A DNA stretch of 63,928 bases, filler included, from Atractiella rhizophila (lineage: Eukaryota), in assembly GCA_021432655.1 (NCBI GenBank). It is 3 parts of 3 records of this genome, joined end to end, with 100 filler letters (N's around TTAATTAATTAA, not from the genome) between each part and the next. Parts side by side here need not be neighbours in the genome. Positions count along the whole stretch, not along the records: positions 25,565 to 53,124 come from MU271744.1; positions 53,225 to 63,928 come from MU271763.1; 1 more part is not named here. One strand, written 5' to 3'. Shown piece after piece: positions 49,675-62,447 of the stretch. A program made the position numbers and the translations under genes. A model generated the notes under the pieces. That model was not told where the DNA came from, did not search any database, and saw only the letters and a list, made by a program, of their open reading frames with translations. Numbering within the stretch: position 1 is the first letter of the stretch; every line of letters starts with the position of its first letter.

Positions 49675-52566
49675 ATGGTCAACAAATCCCAGTACATAGC
49701 AGACCTCGAACCGCCATTCTGCTCCTTGGCAGTCAAGAAGAGCTTCGATGGGTTGACCAGAGAGGAAAAGCTGTATGCGCATTGGATTTGTTAGTCCTGC
49801 CTTCCCTTCTAAATCCTTCGCGGCTATGAGTGTTTCCGGTATACTTATTCGTGCTCATGGACAGCCAAAGCGAGTTGGGCTGGTGCACGTGTGATAATGG
49901 TCCGATTCTCTCTCTATTGGCAATCCTTTTCAGAAGGAGCTGGATGAATACAATAGGAACAATGGGCGCCTCACGCCAACTCGCTGTACGACTTCCTGAT
50001 CTTGTTCTTCACCGATCCTTCTACTGGCACCATCTTCGCAGACATGGAGGAAGTTAGAAAAAAGGCTGGCGTGGAGGAGGACGAGTTCAGGTATTTCGTT
50101 GGATGGACAGCGCAGGCTCGTCTTTATCTCCTGCTTGGCGTTCTACAGGCATGCTGATAACACTATGTGGTTCACAGGTCCTTTCTAATCTCGTGAACTA
50201 CAAATGTTTTGGCAACACCAAGTTCATTCCTCGCAGTTCACCATCCACAATTGACAAATTGGTCGTCTCTCATCCTGCGGGGCCCCAAACTTTCCGAATA
50301 CTGGCCAAAGGTACGCAGGCACCATCTTGCTTGCTCAGACATTACCTATCTCTTAGAACTGAAACTCATAATTTTCCAAACCAGCTCAAAGAAGTAATTT
50401 ACTCGCTCGACCCAGAACCAATTCTCCAAATTGGAAAACCATCATCTGGACACCTTTCCAACCTTTATCCCGACTCTCCAAGCATCAGTGATGCAGAAGT
50501 GGAACAAGTTTCTGAACTGATGCGAAAAGAGGGAATTGAGCCGCAGAACACTCGGTAGGCACTTTCTCTACTATTCTCTTGCCCACTTTGGGATAAATGA
50601 TGAACGATGGGCGTGTCTCAGCTTGAGGAAGGACGGTAATGGACAATTTACCCTTCTGATTGCTAGTGTAGAGAATGGGGAACACGAAAAAAATCCCCTG
50701 AAAGGGGAATCCCTGGAAATAAAAGTCCAACTTGGTTCGCTATTCTACTCCTTTCATCTCACCTCATGCAGACAATGCTCATAAATAGGTGTGAATAGGT
50801 GATTACAAGGACTCAATGGCCAAGGTCGTCTCCTTCCTCGAAGAGGCAGTGAAATGGGCCAGTACGTCTCCCTCCCCTAACCACGAACTTTGATTCATCC
50901 CAAATCACAGAGGATGAGAATCAGGCTGGGATGTTGAAAGACTACATCACCTCCTTCCGAACGGGTTCTATGTCGGCCCATCGCGAAGGCTCCAAGAAAT
51001 GGGTCACAGACATCGGGCCAGTCGTGGAGAGCTATATCGGGTTTGTCGAGAAATATTTAGACCCGTACGGCACGAGGGCAGAGTGGGAGGGCTTCGTAGC
51101 TGTCGTCGATGTATGCATCACATCTCCTTTAAAACACATGATGGCAACTCATCGGGAAATAGAAAGAGCAAAGCAAGCTCTTCAAGCAAATGGTCGATGA
51201 GGCACCTGAATTGATTCAGGCCCTTCCTTGGGGAAAAGATTTCGAAGTAGACGAATTCAAAAAGCCTGATTTCACGTCTTTAGAGATACTCTCTTTCGCA
51301 ACTGGCGACATCCCAGCAGGAATTAGTCCGTCTTCTCTCTTCATCTCGCAAAGACATAGTGAGAGAGTATGTAACACGGAGCAGACATCCCCAACTACCC
51401 CGACATCCGTCAGAGTCTAGGATTCAAAAACGTCTCCTTGGGGAACGTGACTGGCGCTTCTGCACCGACCGAACCCAACACCTTCATTGCCCCAGAAGAC
51501 GATGCGCTGTTCAACGAATGGAAGAAAAAGTCATGGGAAATGCAGGTTGCATGTCATGAGCTTTTGGGTATGTCAATGATGTCCAACTTTCTGCTCCCTA
51601 TAAACCATACGTGATGGTCACAGGTCATGGAACTGGCAAACTCTTAACAGAAGACAAGGATGGGACCCTCAACTTCGACGTAGAGAACGTGCTCAATCCA
51701 ATCACGAAAGGAAAAGTTAAGACGTGGTATAAGTCCGGCGAAACCTGGAGTACCTTTGGAGGAGAAATCAGCTCGAGTTTCGAAGAGTGTCGGGCTGAGG
51801 CCGTGGCTCTTTTCTGTCCGTCATCACCTATCTACGCTTTTCCTCAAAACCAACGAGAGAACTTACGGCCTGTCCCGGGGATAGTGGCGAATGATAAACG
51901 CATTGCAAAGATATTTGGTCTTGAGACTGAAGAAGAGGTGGAACTGATGCAGTATACGACCTTCTTGGGAATGTGTCGTTCTGGCCTCCGTGCCCTGCAG
52001 TGGTATGATACCAAGACAAAGAAACATGGTCAAGCGCACATGCAAGCCAGATGCGGGATCTTGGTTCGTCGTTCCCGTCCTGGACCTTGGCCTCCTCTAC
52101 CCTTGTATGGATGCAGGCTAACCAAGCGGGATGCAGAAATGGATGCACTCGAAGGGCATTGTTAATCTGGAGGAGAAGCATGATGCGGATGGCACCTTGA
52201 TAGATGTTTACATCAGGATCGACCGAGAAAATTTGAAGAAGAATGGCCAAAAAGTAGCTGGAGATCTCTTGCTCCTCCTTGGAATCTACAAGTCGACTGC
52301 AGATCCCACGGCGAAGAGCTTTTACCATAATCTAACGACCCCTCACGAGAAATGGCAAACCGAGCTAAGGGACCTTGTTGTACGCTATTTTGTTGATCCG
52401 CGAAGTCAATGCTAACTTTTTGATTCTCATCTAGTTGAAGAAAAAGGTTCCGAGGAAGATTTTTGTGCAGGATAATACTTTCGTCCAGCATGACGAGGCA
52501 ATTCTTAAGGAATACGAACTCTCTGCCAAAGGGGCCATTCAAAGTTTTATTGAAAGGGGTCTTTAA
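49675..52566 (+). CDS. DPP3: Dipeptidyl peptidase III, tandem copy 2
   Basis: Same exon series and motifs as copy 1 (HELLG|H, EECRAE, HGQAHMQAR); stop TAA at 52564-52566. Confidence 0.93.
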
Positions 52567-52736
52567 ACAAATATCCGGTTTTTTTTTGCATCAATTAACT
52601 GAAATACAAGGCGCAATTTGTGAAATGGCATTATCAAAGTAAAAGTTCAAGGGAACTTTCAGAACAGCAAGGCCAAAGCACAGCAGGACTCTTGACAGTC
52701 TTAGTCAAGCAGAAAGCTTTTAATGTCTCAGTCTTG

Positions 52737-53124
52737 TCAAGGACCGTAGTGCTGGCGATTATCAGCGAAACAAGGTTGATCAGCAACGAAAGTGCTCTTA
52801 CGGTGTAGTCAAAAGTTCCAATTCCTTTTTCTTCCTTTCCCCCCACTTCGCCACCAACTACCATCGCTGAATATCTAGCGTAGGGCACGTCGTTTCCGCC
52901 TGCATTCGCCAGCAGAGCACTAAGCCTCACTAAGCGTGTGTGTATCATCTTCAAGTAGTCAAACGTACCTCTTTGCTTCGAAGTGCCACGTTTTTCCTTC
53001 TTCCGAAATAGTTATCTTCATTCCATGCTCCCCTTTTGTTCCATCGTCCGTCGGGAACCCTGTTTCGTGGGGTTTCGTCTTCCATATGTCCCCAACGAGT
53101 TCAAGGTGAAATTTCAACTTGTTC
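52737..53124 (-). CDS. 3' end of a spliced gene cut by the gap, possibly CrtC/Diels-Alderase-like beta protein
   Basis: GMKITISEEGKTWHFEAK, intron GTACGT..CTTAG, YARYSAMVVGGEVGGKEEKGIGTFDYT, intron GTAAGA..CCAG, HYGP*. The family call is a weak resemblance only. Confidence 0.45.
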
Positions 53125-53224
53125 NNNNNNNNNNNNNNNNNNNNNNNNNNNNNNNNNNNNNNNNNNNNTTAATTAATTAANNNNNNNNNNNNNNNNNNNN
53201 NNNNNNNNNNNNNNNNNNNNNNNN
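53125..53224. other. Scaffolding gap with TTAATTAATTAA linker
   Basis: Same layout as 25465-25564. Confidence 0.95.
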
Positions 53225-53641
53225 AACGAAAAGGTGCTCCAATCAAGGATATGTCTGCCTTATCCTCTGGTGGGCGATCAACGCCTTATGATTCTAGTGT
53301 GGGACACGCATCTGTGTCTTCTTCAAGCCCCAATGTCACCCTCTCCACCATCCTCGATAACGTTGTAGTGTTAGAAGAAGCTATCAAAGAACTGGTCGCC
53401 ATCATTCAAGTACGGAAAAGTTTGGGCATAGATTCTTTACGTTTCATTTAGTTCTTTGGTGTTCGGGTTTTCAAGAAGTTGTTAGGTTATGCAAATATGT
53501 TTGTCCTTCTACAGAGCGAAAATGCAGGTTGATACAGATGACACCTCGGCAGCTGAGGCTATATATGCAACAAATCGAAACGATGGAAAACAAAATGTGC
53601 AACAAAATGCAATGCAAGCACACCAACATACTCCAGGACGT

Positions 53642-56600
53642 TCAAGATGGAAGTAAGACAGCTGACAAGTAACTGTCACTGATCAATTGATTGCCTTCAC
53701 GCAAGACTATGCCCTCCTCATTAGGTGGTCGCCAGTGGTCGAGGATATACCGTGCGCAAGCCCACGCGAAGTAAAGCTATTATTGCCTTGGTGTCAAGAT
53801 AGAACCAATGTCAGAAAAACCTACCATCCATCGAAAGCGAACAGCGTCTCTGTGCCACCATTTCTTCTTGTGATTGAGTTCCCTTAGGCTATCTAACGTG
53901 CGGAGCGAAGTGGTAATACTCTGAGGACTCAGGAATGGCGTCCGAATGAGGACGCAATTAGCTAGCGGGCAGACCTATGGAAAAACTTAAGCTAAATTCA
54001 AGGCTAAATGACGAGGACCGTACCTGGTATATAGATGAAGCGGGGAGAAAGACACCTTCTCCCAGCGCTTGTTCTATTCGCCAGGCGACGATGCCTTCCT
54101 CCTTTAGCTTTGATAACATCTCATCGTTAAGGTAGACTTCAGAGCTGTGAATCGGGTCTCCAAACCTCCTCTGTGCTTCTTCATAGGAGCAACCAAATTT
54201 GCTAGCGAGGTCACTAAGAATGTACCTACGAAGCTAAAGGGATTGTCAATAGTGTTACGATATCCAAAGGTAAGAAACGAACGCGAGAGGCAGTCTCTAC
54301 TGGAAACACGTCCCACACCGCTTTCCCACCATCACTAGTCCATGCCATGATACTCAGACAGTCCACAAAATTCTGCTCCGAAAGTGAGAACTCAGACCAA
54401 AAAGAAACAAAACATACTGTGTGCAGTCCGATTACCCCAGCAATCCGTTCAGGCTGGGATTCAAAGGCAATGTCCAGCTTAGGACCACTATCAGAAAGCA
54501 TTGATGAGATGTTTCTGCTATGTGGACATCAAGAACAACTGACTTGTCAGGGGGAAGATTGTCGCTAGGGAGGTATGCAGCGACATTTGAGGGTCCTTTC
54601 GAATGCGTTATAGCCGGCAGAGGAAGGAAAGTGTTGTAGTCCTTGAGTTGGTCCGCAAACAATTCGAGCGGCAAACTGGCGGAGCGAACCTACCTGTGGG
54701 TTAGTTGAGCACCATGAAAACGAGCAGAACGGACCAACGGTTTCTTGTAAAGCTTAATACCATTTTGAAGCAACTCCAGCACAGCTGCAACAGCGTCACG
54801 ACGATTCGCATCCAGTAGCTGTTCATTAGCCACAGCCCAAGCGGCGAAGCTTGTGCGGAGAGTGGCAGGCGTCCATAGGTTGGATGTAATTGGTAAGTTG
54901 GCCACTACAAAGGGGCACCTCTTTACCCAAAACTGTCGAAACGTTTCATCCGAGAGCCTCTCAACAGGAAATGTTCTTGGAACTAGTTGATTGACGAAAG
55001 TAGCAGTGTCGGCTGACGTTGTTGCAGAAGGATGACTTGCGACCTGTAATCTAATTGACTGGATCGCGGCTCGCATGTTATCAATTTCGCATATGTCAAA
55101 AAAAACACATGGTACGAAATGTTCGCGCTGGTGATGAGAACTCCGAATGCAGATCTGAGGATGTAGCACAACAGCAGAGTCGCGGTGATCCAAATCGTGG
55201 AGACACGCTGAGCAAAGCCGCCTTCCGCATCGTCGACAGAGCCAGAATGAGGCAAAAGTACCAGATAGACAAGCGTCGCATGTAGTAACAACACTGCTGT
55301 CTTTTTGACATCGAACAGCGCCTGGGCCAAAAATCGCTGCCTTTTCGGAGTCGAGGTTGAGCATAATGCTGTCGCTGGTTGCGAGGAATACCTCCATTAC
55401 TTGTTGACGGGTCGGATCCCCTAAAAAGTCGAATAGAAAAGATACGTTGAGATCAGGTACCGTGGTCCCCATAAAAAACGGTCCATCCTTCACACGGCCA
55501 CTGAGATCGTAAGAAAACCACCGCATACCGTGAAATCTGCAAGGCGGTCCAAGGAGTTCGTAGCAATTGACACAAGGGGCAGCGTCTGAGAATCTACTAC
55601 AAGGTTCATTTTGAACTTTCAGCTTACTAATTGCTGGAGGTGGTGTTTGGGACTTTCGCAACGCGCGCGGGGACCAGTCAGGATCGGTTACCCTGTTGAA
55701 AGTAACCGCCCGCTTCATCTCGTCCGTTGACGTCGAAGGAACCTTGAAGGTGATTGTGCGTCTGGTAGGGCTGTGGACTGCCTCTGGATTTCGGGCAGCG
55801 TCGTTATCAGGAGGTGGAACCGGAGGTTGCTCTGCTTCCTGGAGGGTTATACTAGTTCTCAATGGAGTGACTTCCTTGATGTCTGGGAATGAGCGATATA
55901 TGCGTTGAGCTAATGGAGTCGTCACAGGCGGGTGCCTCGGAGTATGGTTCAATGCTCCAGTATTTGCGAAAAAACGCCCTTTCTCACCGAGTTAGTTTTC
56001 CTAGAGACAATGTTAATGATACTTACGAGATTCTGCAGCTGTCTTTCCCAGCCTCCTGGTCTTCGGTCCAGTAGACGATTGATCGCTGATCTCTACTGGA
56101 TCTGGCGTAATAGTTCGCCCACCTCGTGAACCCCTAGGTCTACCCACACGACCTCGAACTCTGCCACGACCCCGACCACGTTTCGTCGCAAAACCATCCT
56201 GAGTGTTCTGCGCCGCATCCTGTAGAGGCTGAGTTAAGCTTCTGTCGCCGTCGCTCGAATCACTATCAGCTTCCCTGGGAGCGTCAATTTTGCCGACATT
56301 TTGACCCACAGCAGGCATATGTACTGGAGACTCTGGTGGAGAGGTTGAAGTTTCGCTAATTGGGGGAGAAAGAGGTGATGCAGCTCGTGTTGAAGGAGCT
56401 TGTGGTTGGGAGTCTGGAGGGGCGGTATTGTCGACAACGATCTCAGCTAACGAGGAGGGTGATAGCTCTGACTCTGACTTTGATTGTTGGGATGACAAAG
56501 AGTCTCGTGGTAGCAGTCGAACAGTTGCAACAGGTACATCAGGAAACTGTGATGCCATCACGGCATTGGACAGATGGGTATCAGCCGGTTGTGCAGTTGG

Positions 56601-59091
56601 GATTTCGGGTGGTCCACCTGTTGAGGTAGCATCTTCGAAATCTCCTCCAAGATCCATATCAAAACTCTTCTCGGTCAAGCGTTCTGTATTAACCTCATCT
56701 ACGCTAGTCGGGACACCCAATTCCGTTTCCTTGTCTCTATCATCTACTGACTGTTGCGCTTCAATGCTGAACGGTGCCAATGGTTTTTGTTGCTCGCTGG
56801 ACTCGGTCTCTCTTCCTGGCGCGGGAGAAACGGTCTGCTCCACATTGGCTGGTTTTGAGGCTTCATCGGGATTTTTCGAGTGCCTCAACCTGGCTGCATA
56901 AGGAGTTGGGATGCCTTCGCCTCGTTTTCGATCCAAAGCAGACTCGAGTAGTTCTTCGACATTCAGAGTAACAGGACCTCTTTTACTTTTGGTAGCACTA
57001 TTTGAAGAATCCGTAACTCGAGCAAAGGGGTTTCTTCCAGGATTTGCTCCATCTGGCGGCGCCTTGATAGGCGAATAATCGACTTCTCCTACCAACTCAG
57101 TTTCAACAACGTGAAATTCCAACGGGCATACATGATCGCACCTGGTTGTTGATTCTTTATCAAATGATTTGAGTTATCCGTTCCCACAAGTATTGATCTC
57201 CCGGAATGGTCGATGATGTGCTTCCAAAGACTGTTATCTTCTCCAGCACCTAATGCAACACCATTACCTTTGTCTGAATTCAAATGTTCGCTTTCCTGTT
57301 CTGATGAAGAAGGGCTATCAAGTCCTTCTACCTCTAAAACAGCTGTGATCTTCAGGTCTTCTCCCTCTTCATCCTCAATCTCTTCATAACTGCGCTTCCT
57401 ACTCCCAGAGTATACGACGCCATAATCAGATCCAAGAGAAGCCACCGTATTCCGAGAGAAGATCGGAACGCTGGGAGAGTGAGGTTTCTCGCTCGTCAAA
57501 GGGGTAGATACGGGAATTGTGGATGGCGAGTCTTCACCGAAAGGAGAAATAGTTGCATTCAATGAATCTTGTGCCCTTTGAGGTTGTGGTGCAGAAGCAT
57601 TGAACTCGGCAGCTTTCGACCGTAGATTGTTGACTTTCTCATCCCGCCCACGGGGCGAGGCAGTCAAGGTGCTCAATCTGCGTCCTTTGATAACGGGGCT
57701 GGGTGATCTAGCTCTTTTGAAAACCACTGGCATAGATGTTTTGGATGTCGAAGCTGCGGACGGGAGCGATGACATTGATGGTTTCCCAGACCCATGATGC
57801 TCGCGAGTGACTCTAGGGCCTACTGGAGACACTGGTGCCCGAGGCTCCGGTTGAAGATGAGGTTCTCCGTGCATGCCAACAGATCGGTGTTGTGGAAACG
57901 CCAAGGGTTCAAATGGCGTGTACTCGGCATCCTGAATTTGCTGAGGCTCCGTATACTGAAATGATATTGGCGTAAAAGGATGGGCCCAAGCGGGTGGTGG
58001 AAGAGAAGGCGGGAGAGGTATTGTAGTCCAATAATTGGGTTGAAGGATAGAAGCAGGATGTCCAAGTGGATGTGGTGGATAATCCCAAAGCGGTGTCAAT
58101 CCAAATGGCTGTGGGACTTGGTTTGGAAATTGCTCTCCCGACAGGTCATGTGACTGATCATAAGGCGATTGCCCAAAAGTAGTGGCATGGGAAAATGAGG
58201 CCGCATGACGCTGATTAAGCACTGATTCTCTATGAGGGTGACTGACGCCTGTAGGCAATGATGCTGAACGACTCTGAGTAGCTATTTTCATGAATCAGTT
58301 TATCCACAAATTATTGACACAGGGAAGCGGTGAGAACAAATGGACATTCAGTTACGGCGGTTATCCCATGCAATGTGCAAAGGTGCACAAAAACAGCACT
58401 TCCGTAGGAAAAGCAAAATTTCTGCCTCTGAAATTCAGAATTGAATAAACTCTTAACTGTGGCCAAATTCAGAATTGAATAAACGGTTAGCTGTGGTCCA
58501 AATTCAATTTTCACAATGCTTTGAAAGGGGTGAAGTCGACATCTGACAGGAGGTATGTCAAGCAAAAGTCTTTTAATAATGTTGCTAATGTTGCTAACCT
58601 ACTCGTCATGAAGTTAGCCTAACAAGACTTTGCTCCCGCACAAGAATGAAACGGGGAGATAACCAAGCCTTTTTAGGCTAACAACATAATCATAATTACT
58701 ACTGCCATTCTCGCTGCACACAAGTGATAAATGTAGCAGATAACGGTCAGTGCGACAGCTTTAGCTCGCTTAACCTTCCACATCGGCGCAATTTAATGTT
58801 AAATAGGCGGAGTAAACACTTTGAAACATTGGACCACACAAAAACAATATCGACAGATCAGGAAATACAGCCAAAAGGTATCAAGACATAAGACGCAATC
58901 CCTCTACCAAATCAGGACGAAAAGGGCTCACCTGAACCAAAATCTCTCCGTCTTTCCTGTCGGTATACCTGCTCGTACCTCCTCGATCCACCTTCCCCAA
59001 AACTTTCTTGTCTCTCTCTTTGATCCCTTCCTCTCCCTCTACCTCTCCGTGTTCCGCCTCTATTCCCTTCTCCCCGATACTTTGGCGGCAT
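53642..59091 (-). CDS. KDM3/JHDM2-like JmjC protein with zinc finger and AT-hook; catalytic residues substituted
   Basis: CDAC..FWLCRRCGRRLCSAC, FRQFW..PFVV, WTP, GPKL.IA, AVWDVF, GDPIH..YL, EQALGEGVFLPA, FLSPQ, MLYFAW and a GRPRG hook. Putative exon 1 (59091-58932) joins in phase to the acceptor at 58282. Confidence 0.85.
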
Positions 59092-59353
59092 CGATTTCAG
59101 CGGTAACAAGGCAAAGTCGAATGCGCAGATGAGAAGAGCGTGAAAGCAAAGAAGAAACGTAATTGGGATTCTCCCGACGCGGCTCTGCTGCAGTCGCTGA
59201 TTCGTCGGTGTTGACAATGTTTCTGATTCTCTGACAGGAATAAGGTTAAACGTTAACGTGTATTTTCCTTGTTTGGCCGGAACCGAACATTTTCACGGGT
59301 GCAGTGTGTTTTCAGTATTCGTCGCAGGATTACCTTTAATTTCAAAAGTTGCT

Positions 59354-60076
59354 ATGAAATCTACCGACATTCTTCGTCGCATCCATCCTTCATCACCTCG
59401 TCAGCTATTCCCAAGCTCTCGCCAAATTCCACGACTCTCACAAACCCTGAAAATGTCCACATCATGCGATTGCGTGCATCCCGAGCCGTCTCCTTCTCAA
59501 CCTCAATCAAAACGAAAATCTCAACGGCCAGATTACAAAGTCGTACATCCTCGGGCGAGCCAAATAGACTCGAATGGTTCAGGCTTTTCGTTTTCAGGGA
59601 CGGAACCGCAGAGTATGGAGAGGGAGTTCAAATTCAGTAGATTTTCTGAAGCCATGTTCTTTATTTATCGAGTCGGTATCCTGTCGCATTCTGTTGCGGT
59701 TCGTTCTGTTCTCTTTCTAACTCCAAATTGCATATAAATGACAAATTGGTGCAGCACCATCCGACAATAGAAAACACCTACCTTGGGTACGTATCTAGTC
59801 TCAGATATCTGAAACTTCCTGATTCCATACAACAGCGTCAAAATCACGCTAACAACTCATGCTACAAGTTCACTAACAACTCACGACCTACTCCTGGCAA
59901 AACTCATTTCGGAAGAGTTCGACAGAATCACATCCACAGGTCAGGAGTATGCAGATCAAGATGTGTACAAGAAGACTTTCTTGGACCTTGCGAAGAGCAA
60001 GGATTTGAAGGAAGATGTGGTGAAACGGAAGGCAGAGTTGGATACTGAGTTTCAGAAAGAAGAGGGAGGGACTTAA
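59354..60076 (+). CDS. Pterin-4-alpha-carbinolamine dehydratase family protein with a basic N-terminal extension
   Basis: MEREFKFSRFSEAMFFIYRVG..A|HHPTIENTYLG|VKITLTTHA..LTTHDLLLAKLI across two short introns. Confidence 0.85.
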
Positions 60077-60408
60077 CCACCTCGTTTCCGTTTCCCTTAT
60101 CTGCTCCCTTGTGAATGGCGACGTCGGATGAAGGTTGTAACTTAGATGACAGCTTCAAATCAGCCCGGTTGTTACTTCGAGTTTGGATCAGAGAAGGCTA
60201 CATAGAGAAACTTAAAGTACTTGATACCTTCTTGATACCTGGAAATGATCTTTGGAATAATTTGAAAGCAAATCATATCGCGCATCAAAATACCACAACC
60301 TACTCAATTTGTCTCAATCTCCACCAACCACTAAAAGCCCGGTCGGAACTACACTAGCCGATAATTATTGTTTAATCCTCCCAAATCATTAACAAACCAG
60401 CGAAAAGA

Positions 60409-61856
60409 ATGTCCTCAGACGCCACCGCAGCTCCTTTGTTCAAGCGCAAGTCCGCCCCCACCCGCTCGCTCAAGCGCCCACGTCCGCGCTCTCCCTCTCC
60501 CGCCTCTGGTGCCGCATCCGGCGGTGCGTCCTCAGCGGCTGAAGATTCCGGGCCAGGCGCGAGCAATGGAGGAGGAGGAGTGGAGGAGATACTCCTGCGC
60601 AGGAAGCTAGCGAAGTTGGTGGGAGGTGCGAAGAGGGGCATCGATGTGGAGGTGTTGAATGCGGGCGAGGAGAAGGGGGATGAGAAGGAGGAGGGGACGG
60701 AGGATGTGAAGGGTGGGTTGACGAGGATGAGGAGGGATAAGGATAGGGTTAAAGATTGGGAGGGGATGTTCGTATTTCTTTCCTTTCTCTATCTTTCTCT
60801 TGGAGGTAGTAACTCTGTTCTGTTTCTGTTTCTGTTGTGCCTAGGGACCTGGACGAAGCTGCAGCTAAGGTGCGAAGAAGTGTGAAGAGCAACAATTTCA
60901 CACAACAAACGAACGCCTTAGACGTAGACAAACACCTGTATGCTCCACCCCCCTTTGTCTTTGCCCCATACGCTCAACTAGGAAAGATAGGATGGCATAC
61001 ATCGAAGCGGAGCTACCCAAACGGAAAGCGCTCCTCATGGGTGCAGCTGGGGATGCGTTAGCGGAAAAGGAGGAGCAAGGCTCAGGAGGGAAGAATGGGA
61101 AGAAGGATGAGTTGTATGAGATTCAGGAGTCGTGGAAGGTGGAGAAGGTGCGGCTTCCCTTTCCCCTTTCTGTAGAGTTGGCATGTTGATGAGTTATGTG
61201 GATGGGTATAGTTTAAGGCTCAAGAAGGAACAGTCAGCGGGAGCCTGGGAATGTTGACCAACATCCCAGAAGTAGACTTAGGAATCGAGTGCGTGTCTCC
61301 CTTATCTTTTACCCAAAGTACTCTATTCATGAAATGGGAGTACAGCAACCGCCTAAAGACCATTTCCGAAACCGAAATCGCCAAACGTGCCCTCTTCGAC
61401 TCTCGTTCCCAATCCAAGTCCACCTCCGCATCCACATCCAAAGGTCTCTCTTTGACCTCCACAGACCTCGAGATCCTCAGCGCATCCGTCCCCTCCTCCT
61501 CCTCCCACCGCTTCCCTGCGCTCACCCCTCTCCCAACCACAGGGCAAGAAGAAGACTCGTCCACCTGGCGCGCACAGCGGTTCTACGTCCCTCCGGAGGA
61601 TGAGCGACACGATTTGGACTTGGATTTTGATCCGGTGGAGTTTGAGAGGGAGAGGGTGGTTGAGGAGGGGAGGAGGAGAATGGAGAGGGAGAGGAAGTTG
61701 AGGGAGGCTGTTGGTGAGAAAGAGAAGAATGCAGAGGAGAGGAGAGAGAGGAAGGAGGGGGGAAGGGGAAGGAAGGCGTGGGAAGGGAAGGCGACGGATA
61801 AGGAGGTGGCGGAGAGGTTTAGGAGAAGGATGAGGGAGGGAGCGAGGAAGAGGTAG
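60409..61856 (+). CDS. C9orf78: C9orf78/Tls1 (Hep_59 family) splicing-associated protein, multi-exon
   Basis: NNFTQQTNALDVDKH|MAYIEAEL, MLTNIPEVDLGIE, RLKTISETEIAKR and ATDKEVAERFRRRMR. Confidence 0.88.
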
Positions 61857-62447
61857 TTGTAGTCCTTTTTGGTCCCTTTTTTTCCTGATGACAGCGTTGG
61901 ATGAGCAAATTCTTTGTACATAGATTGTGCTTTTACAGCCTCCTACAGAAGTCAAGCAGTACCCTGAAGATGCCCATGTAATCTCGTCTACCTTCCTATC
62001 CCGACTCTCCTACATACGTCAACCCATCAGATCATCCGCAGGGACATCAGTGCATAAACATGCCAAGGGTTGCCTGTCCATTATTCTGATTCGGCGAACG
62101 GAAATAGAGGCACAGGAACTACCGGGTAGTGTAAGCATAGTCATTCATCGCATCAACAAGCAACAGCATTTTTTACAATGGAGGAGAACACACAAATAGT
62201 TAGGAGAGCCACCGCGCGTAAGCGAACCTCCGATGCGAAAGAGAACCGAAAGCGAATAACTAACAACTATCCTTAAACATGAGAAGATTTGGCTGGGTTT
62301 GGTGAGGTCCTCAACTTTCTTGCCCATGCACAACATTGCACCGCCTTCCAATGGTGATGTTTGGAAGTGCTGCTTCAACTTCCATCACCTAACACCATCC
62401 AACAGCACCAAAAGCTAACCTTTTCCAAAGCGTAGTTCTGTCAAAAA

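Noticed and set aside
61353..61955. 200-aa minus-strand Pro/Leu-rich ORF
   Set aside because: Antisense of the purine-rich last exon of the C9orf78-like gene.
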